Assembly: GCA_002011125.2 (NCBI GenBank)
Contig: MTMF02000009.1
Span: forward strand, 256,001 to 320,000
Direction: 5' to 3'
Source: Candidatus Hydrothermarchaeum profundi
GTDB lineage: Archaea > Hydrothermarchaeota > Hydrothermarchaeia > Hydrothermarchaeales > Hydrothermarchaeaceae
Length of the DNA: 64,000 bases
In this document: piece after piece, positions 59,259 to 64,000 of the stretch
Numbering within the stretch: the first letter of the stretch is position 1
Layout: every line of letters starts with the position of its first letter
Translations under genes and position numbers: made by a program
Notes under the pieces: generated by a model
What the model saw: the letters and a program-made list of their open reading frames with translations, nothing else
What the model was told of the DNA's origin: nothing
Databases searched by the model: none

Positions 59259-59652
59259 ATGCAGATTAAGATCAAATGGAGTAAGAAGGCTGAGCAGCAT
59301 ATCGCAGGCATGGGCTAACTAAGTCGCAAGTCAACCAAGCTCTCAAAGGTAGAAAATTCCTTAAAAGGACAAGGCATGATAGGTTTAGAATTCTCTGTGA
59401 ATGTCATGGTAGAATCATAGCTGTGGTAAGCTCATTACAGCTAGGGATGCCGATGATAAGGAGAAAAGACTAATAGAAAAAGAGCTAAGAAGCAGGTCTA
59501 TGACTGAAAAAATAAAGAAGTTTAGGCCAAAAAAACCTGAGGATCTAATGAAGCTGAAGATAGATGAAGTAGTAGAGCTTGAGGGAGTGGAATTCGAATT
59601 CTATGAGGATAGGCCTAAGAAGAAGCTCCGGATTGGCATGTTCGAGGTCTAA
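59259..59652 (+). pseudogene. Degraded BrnT/DUF4258-like toxin plus short antitoxin-like ORF
   Basis: MQIKIKWSKKAEQHIA / RHGLTKSQVNQAL... / LITARDADDKEKR split by frameshifts; 50-aa ORF at 59500-59652. Confidence 0.55.
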
Positions 59653-59808
59653 GGATTTTTATGTACAATCATGATAAAGCTATGGTAGATTTTTCTGTCT
59701 TATATTAATACCGCCATTTGATCATGAAAATAATCCGTATTTAAGCTTTTTTTATACAACCACTAAGAATACGTACTTAAAGATAGGGAGACAAGAAATA
59801 CCTCAAAA

Positions 59809-60612
59809 TTAAGCCTTAGTTGAATCGATGACCTCTACTATTCCCCTGTCTGCTTCCTTGGAGATTTTTATATCCTTGATTGATCTTAATCCCATGCTTT
59901 TAGCCGTTCTTTCTAGGCCGAGTTCAATGTTTTTGCTAAGAGCTATAACGAAGGCATCTATTTCATCCATCCCAAGCTCCATTGCAGCTAGTACCCTGTG
60001 ATGGCCGTCTACTAGTATATTCCTATCGCCTGTTCTCACGACAACTATCGGCTCTGCTAGGCCTCTTTTCATCTCGTATTCTCTTCCTCTGAATTCCTCA
60101 GGCTGAACCTTATTTTGGGTAGGTATAAGCTCTGAGATCTTTACTTTTGTAAGCCTGACAACTGTTCTTACGGAGTAGAGGCTTTCTAGGGTTTCGCGTA
60201 CTTTTCTAACTTTATCTGGTGTAACCCTCTCTATATGGGACCGTATAACATCCATGTTGGTGAAAATCCCAACAAGTTTTCTCTCTTCGTTTATTACCGG
60301 CAGCTTGGATAGGCCTTCTCTAAACATTACTCTCGCTGCGTCGGTTACATGGGTGTTGGGGTAGGTAACTATGACTTTCTTAGTCATTACATCCCTAACC
60401 TTCTTCCCCTTCCTTCGCAGAATTAAGTCCCTGCTGGTCACTATTCCTACGATGTTTCCGTTCTTAACCACCGGAAATCCATCGTGACGGCTCTTTCTCA
60501 TAAGCCTTGCAACTTCTTCGAGGGTCTGGTCGGGTGCAACTGTTACAACATATTTTGACATGTAATCGCTGACTTTGCTGTCCGCTTCTTCTTCCATATA
60601 GCTCAACCCCAA
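59809..60612 (-). CDS. CBS-pair protein with C-terminal ParB/Srx-like domain
   Basis: Two CBS domains, then LIPTQ...EPIVV....LVDGHHRV.A. Confidence 0.88.
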   Translation of the reverse strand: MGLSYMEEEADSKVSDYMSKYVVTVAPDQTLEEVARLMRKSRHDGFPVVKNGNIVGIVTSRDLILRRKGKKVRDVMTKKVIVTYPNTHVTDAARVMFREGLSKLPVINEERKLVGIFTNMDVIRSHIERVTPDKVRKVRETLESLYSVRTVVRLTKVKISELIPTQNKVQPEEFRGREYEMKRGLAEPIVVVRTGDRNILVDGHHRVLAAMELGMDEIDAFVIALSKNIELGLERTAKSMGLRSIKDIKISKEADRGIVEVIDSTKA

Positions 60613-60676
60613 GTAGGACTTTAATCTTATAGGTAATCCGTAACATTAAATAAACTTTCTTACACTATTCAACGCC

Positions 60677-60916
60677 ATGGCTAAAAAAGTACTTGATGAG
60701 CTAAAATGGCATCCCGAGAAGTCCCTGAGAGAAAGTGAGATAGTGTACATTCATCGCGGAGCCCCGGGAGACGTGTTGACTGTGAAAGGAGATGAGATAA
60801 TAAGGCTCGAGAAATCTTTTTTCGTCATCCTTAGGTCTGGGAGAGAAACATGTATACCTTACCATAGGATTAAGGAGATAAGAGTTAAAGGGGAGAAGAT
60901 TTGGGAAAAAAAATAA
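60677..60916 (+). CDS. UPF0248/DUF504 family protein
   Basis: LKWHP, YIHRGAPG and IPYHRI motifs. Confidence 0.88.
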   Translation: MAKKVLDELKWHPEKSLRESEIVYIHRGAPGDVLTVKGDEIIRLEKSFFVILRSGRETCIPYHRIKEIRVKGEKIWEKK

Positions 60917-61101
60917 AAGAGAGTAGGATAATTTCTATGCTCATGGAGATAGGCAGGATTGATCTGTGGACGGGCTTAGGATGGGCCTTGGGATTGGGTG
61001 TGATTTTCGCCGGCTATAAGATGTTGGGAGAATCAGTTTTAACAGGGATAATATTTATTCTCGCTGGACTGTTTATATTACTCTACCACTATAAAGACTG
61101 A
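60901..61101 (+). CDS. Small two-TM hypothetical protein
   Basis: Hydrophobic 66-aa ORF. Confidence 0.5.
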   Translation: MGKKIKESRIISMLMEIGRIDLWTGLGWALGLGVIFAGYKMLGESVLTGIIFILAGLFILLYHYKD

Positions 61102-61184
61102 TTTCGCCTCAAATTTTTTATTTAAAAAATAGAGTTTTTAATTAAAGTAAAGTATATATAATTCGCATGGCCTTTTTTTTAATT

Positions 61185-61928
61185 ATGAGTAAAAAGCTTA
61201 TTATTTCTGGGGACCGGGTTCATGATGTTGGCTATAGGTACTTTTTAATGGAAGCTGCCTTAAATTTAGGCATTGAAAGATTTAGGGCTGAAAACAGGGT
61301 TAACAAGAAGCAGCAGGTAATTGCCTTCGTTGAAGGTGAAGAAGAGCAGCTTAATGAGTATTTTGAATTTGTTAAATATAATTTTCCTGAAGGCGCAGAG
61401 GTCGATGATGTTAGGTGGGAGGAATATTCTGGATATATTCCTCGGATCGAGTATTTTGCACTCTTTTTTAATGTCATGCAAACTAGGAAATTTATTGATA
61501 TTGGTAGAAGCATCGATGGAAAAATGAGTGCCTCTTTAGGGAAACAGGACAAGATGCTAGAGAAACAAGACATGATGCTGGAAAAACAAGATAAGATGCT
61601 AGAGAAGCAGGACACTATGATAGAGAAACAAGACATGATGCTAGAGAAACAAGATAAGATGCTAGAGAAACAAGACATGATGCTAGAGAAACAAGATAAG
61701 ATGCTAGAGAAGCAGGACACTATGATAGAGAAACAAGACATGATGCTAGAGAAACAAGACATGATGGTGGAAAAACAAGACGAAACAATTCGCGTTATAA
61801 AAGAGGAGGGGAGAAAGACGCGGGAAGCTTTTAAAAGCCATTTTGACAGGGATATAGCGAAAATTTATGAAGAAATTAATGAGATAAAGACAACGCTTGC
61901 TAAGGTTATTGAGAAAGTTGGAGCGTAA
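61185..61928 (+). CDS. Acylphosphatase-domain protein with heptad-repeat coiled coil
   Basis: ISGDRVHDVGYR...RAEN...VEG...F.E, followed by (KQDxMxE)n. Confidence 0.85.
   Translation: MSKKLIISGDRVHDVGYRYFLMEAALNLGIERFRAENRVNKKQQVIAFVEGEEEQLNEYFEFVKYNFPEGAEVDDVRWEEYSGYIPRIEYFALFFNVMQTRKFIDIGRSIDGKMSASLGKQDKMLEKQDMMLEKQDKMLEKQDTMIEKQDMMLEKQDKMLEKQDMMLEKQDKMLEKQDTMIEKQDMMLEKQDMMVEKQDETIRVIKEEGRKTREAFKSHFDRDIAKIYEEINEIKTTLAKVIEKVGA
61542..61781 (+). repeat. Coding 21-bp tandem repeat (~11.4 copies)
   Basis: Consensus AAACAAGAYAWGATGCTAGAG encoding KQD[K/M/T]M[L/I/V]E. Confidence 0.95.
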
Positions 61929-62027
61929 AAATCTTACATCGTCTTTAGTTCTGAAATTCCGTTTAGTAGGCTTGTGAGTCATCTAAAATTTAATGGGATT
62001 AAGGACAGAAGATTGAATTGTGAGGGG

Positions 62028-62681
62028 CTATCTCTCTATTCCTTCCCTGGTATAGCTCGCTTTTACTTTAGTTCTTATACCTCCTCTCACTTTGAAATCC
62101 ATTTCTATATGCATCTCTAAGGGATCACTAACCTCAACAAGGTCCTCAAGGATTTTGTTAACCGCGTGCTCATATGCTATGCCAACATTTCTATAGGAAA
62201 GTAAGTAGTATTTAAGGGACTTAAGCTCTATGCATTTCTTGTTCGGGATATAGCGGATTACTAGGTTAGCAAAGTCGGGAAGCCCGGACCATGGACATAG
62301 GCTGGTGAACTCTTCAGTATCTATGAGTACTTCTATTTTTTTCCCTGGATACTGGTAGTCGAATGTCTCCAAGAAATTTTTATTAACTGCTTCAGGCGCC
62401 TGTATCTCATATGTTAACTTAAACTTCTTTGAAGCCTCTACTATTGAGAACCCTAGTTTCTTTAGCAGCTGCCTCGCCTCTCTGCTGGTGAAATCTTGAG
62501 GCTTTAGTTCTCTGCCGTTTGCATACTTATTCGCCAGCTGTATGATATACCTTGGAGGAAACTGCTCTCCGTCAACCTCTAGATGAAACTTTTTTGAGTA
62601 GCTACTTTGGGGTATTCCCTTCTTCTTTACCTCTTCTATCGCCTTTAGGATATGTTCTCTCGCTATGTTTTTCGGAATCAT
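62028..62681 (-). CDS. queF: QueF (preQ0 nitrile reductase) fused to an N-terminal McrB/ScoMcrA-head-like domain
   Basis: C-half: EFTSLCPWSGLPDFA, IELKSLKYYL and F.VRGGI. N-half: IPKNI.REHILKAIEE...DGEQFPPRYII.LANKYANG.EL....F....A..LL.KLGF. Confidence 0.85.
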   Translation of the reverse strand: MIPKNIAREHILKAIEEVKKKGIPQSSYSKKFHLEVDGEQFPPRYIIQLANKYANGRELKPQDFTSREARQLLKKLGFSIVEASKKFKLTYEIQAPEAVNKNFLETFDYQYPGKKIEVLIDTEEFTSLCPWSGLPDFANLVIRYIPNKKCIELKSLKYYLLSYRNVGIAYEHAVNKILEDLVEVSDPLEMHIEMDFKVRGGIRTKVKASYTREGIER

Positions 62682-62760
62682 GACAAATTCCCGCTCTTTA
62701 TTAGAGTATTTCAAGTTTTCCTTGCTAATAAGCTTACTTTAGTTAATGGTATAACACCTT

Positions 62761-63225
62761 ATGAGAACGTTAACAAGGTTTGAGGAGAGTAGTGAAAGAA
62801 TGTTGAAATATTTTTCTTTAGATTCTAAGATAAAGGGATCAATAAAACAAAAAATGAGAAAAATACTTGAAAACATACCAGAAATTCAATTTGCATATAT
62901 TCATGGCTCATTTCTGAGCGATAAATTTAGAGATATCGATGTAGCTGTTTATTTTGAGGCTGCATACGACAAAAAAAAGCTTTTAAAAAAAGAACTTGAG
63001 CTTGAGGAACTTCTGAGTAGAGAACTAGGTTACCCTGCAGATGTCAGAGCGCTTAATAGCTCCCCCCTCTCCTTTAGATTTAATGTGATAAAGTTTGGGG
63101 AGGTGGTTTTCAGTAAAAATGAGGATCTGAGAAGCGACTTTGAAGCTATGATTATTTCACGATATCATGACTTTGCCTACTTCAGGAGGCTTTACATGAA
63201 GGAGGCTCTTGGTATTGAAATATAA
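62761..63225 (+). CDS. MntA-type minimal nucleotidyltransferase antitoxin
   Basis: FAYIHGSF...FRDIDVAV, D.R.LN.SP..F.F.V...G. Confidence 0.88.
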   Translation: MRTLTRFEESSERMLKYFSLDSKIKGSIKQKMRKILENIPEIQFAYIHGSFLSDKFRDIDVAVYFEAAYDKKKLLKKELELEELLSRELGYPADVRALNSSPLSFRFNVIKFGEVVFSKNEDLRSDFEAMIISRYHDFAYFRRLYMKEALGIEI

Positions 63226-63649
63226 TCCTGATAAAATTAGAAGAGTCTCTTCGGAGTTATTGAATGCCCTTGATAAGCTCAAAGAGCTGGCAAACCTGCC
63301 GAAGGAAGATTTTTTAAGAGACACCCACAAGGTTGCAAGTGCTAAGTATCATCTTCTTGTTGCTATTGAAGCATCTATAGACATGTGCAACCATTTAATT
63401 TCCCAAAACAGGCTGAGAACACCTGAGGATTACGCCGATACCTTTAGGGTTATGTATGAATATGGCATGTTCTCCGAGGAATTCCTATCTAATCTACTCG
63501 CAATGGTGAGATTCAGAAACCGCCTAGTTCACATCTACTGGGAAATCGATAACAGCCTTGTATATCAAATCCTTAAGGAGGATATCTCTGACCTAGAAGC
63601 TTTTATGAAATATTTCACCGACTTCCTTAATAGAAGTCAGGAAAGGTGA
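63209..63649 (+). CDS. HepT/DUF86 HEPN RNase toxin
   Basis: AIEA.ID, P..Y.D.F and FRNRLVHIY (RxxxxH plus Y). Confidence 0.9.
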   Translation: MVLKYNPDKIRRVSSELLNALDKLKELANLPKEDFLRDTHKVASAKYHLLVAIEASIDMCNHLISQNRLRTPEDYADTFRVMYEYGMFSEEFLSNLLAMVRFRNRLVHIYWEIDNSLVYQILKEDISDLEAFMKYFTDFLNRSQER

Positions 63650-63894
63650 GGTCTATATAAAAAAGTCTTAGAAAGTAAGAGTTATTTTAAGACTAAAAAG
63701 TTAATCTGTAAATGCAACTTTCCAGCGCAGGGCTATAGAAATTGTTTTTTATGAAATGCATTATCTTCAAGGTGAAATGTTAGCACCAGAAGTAAGCTGT
63801 TCAGAGCAGCCAAATGTGCTGATAAAACATTGGATTGAGCTTACTTCTGGTTAAGCTTATTAATTATGAGACATCAAAATACCTAAGGAGTTCC

Positions 63895-64000
63895 ATGAAA
63901 GAAAAAAGAGTAATCAGATACAAGGACAAAATAGATTTCATCGTAAGTAATATTGAATCCATACCAGAAAAACCAAAAGGTGACCTAGAAATAAGCGGGG
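63895..64000 (+). CDS. 5' part of a probable second DUF86/HEPN protein (runs off the window)
   Basis: SD AAGGAG, then MKEKRVIRYKDKIDFIVSNIESIPEKPKGDLEISG. Confidence 0.5.
   Translation, partial: MKEKRVIRYKDKIDFIVSNIESIPEKPKGDLEISG

Noticed and set aside
61232-61762. 176-aa minus-strand ORF with (SCFSSI)n repeats
   Set aside because: Antisense shadow of the coding tandem repeat.
61542-61781. Possible CRISPR array
   Set aside because: Units are contiguous 21-mers without unique spacers and lie in frame in a CDS; no cas genes are present.

Overview
Archaeal chromosomal DNA from an anaerobic, probably thermophilic euryarchaeote-like organism. The gene set (CdhAB, HdrA/MvhD, FrhB, Trm14, topo VI, Tat) would fit a Hydrothermarchaeota/Archaeoglobi-like lineage; this is inference only. 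Layout: (1) 0.8-16.6 kb, a Tat-exported respiratory module with fdhD, hypADC, a group 1 [NiFe]-hydrogenase with cytochrome b, a Mo/W formate dehydrogenase with NrfD anchor, a degenerate HdrA-MvhD polyferredoxin, TorD and tatC-tatA-tatA-tatC. (2) birA-bioY. (3) A ~158-nt four-way-junction ncRNA candidate (18888-19046, minus strand, own TATA box and U-tract) directly behind a divergent topoisomerase VI-like operon headed by a 46-aa ribbon-helix-helix gene absent from the ORF track. (4) A defence islet (TA pair, ThaI-type R-M) beside tRNA-Phe. (5) A decaying ~9.3-kb island at tRNA-Lys(CTT) with att duplication, integrase pseudogene and attC-like relics. (6) A divergent hdrD-frhB-hdrA-mvhD-hdrA/mvhD and frhB-cdhA-cdhB energy cluster. 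(7) rtcA, a NOG1 GTPase, a cad-like metal operon with a hidden small membrane ORF, CBS proteins, hisE, an acylphosphatase with a 21-bp tandem repeat, a QueF fused to a restriction-enzyme-type N-terminal domain, and MNT-HEPN TA genes. Best novelty candidates: the ncRNA plus RHH-topo VI-like locus, and the QueF fusion. All family assignments come from motif recognition, not database searches.
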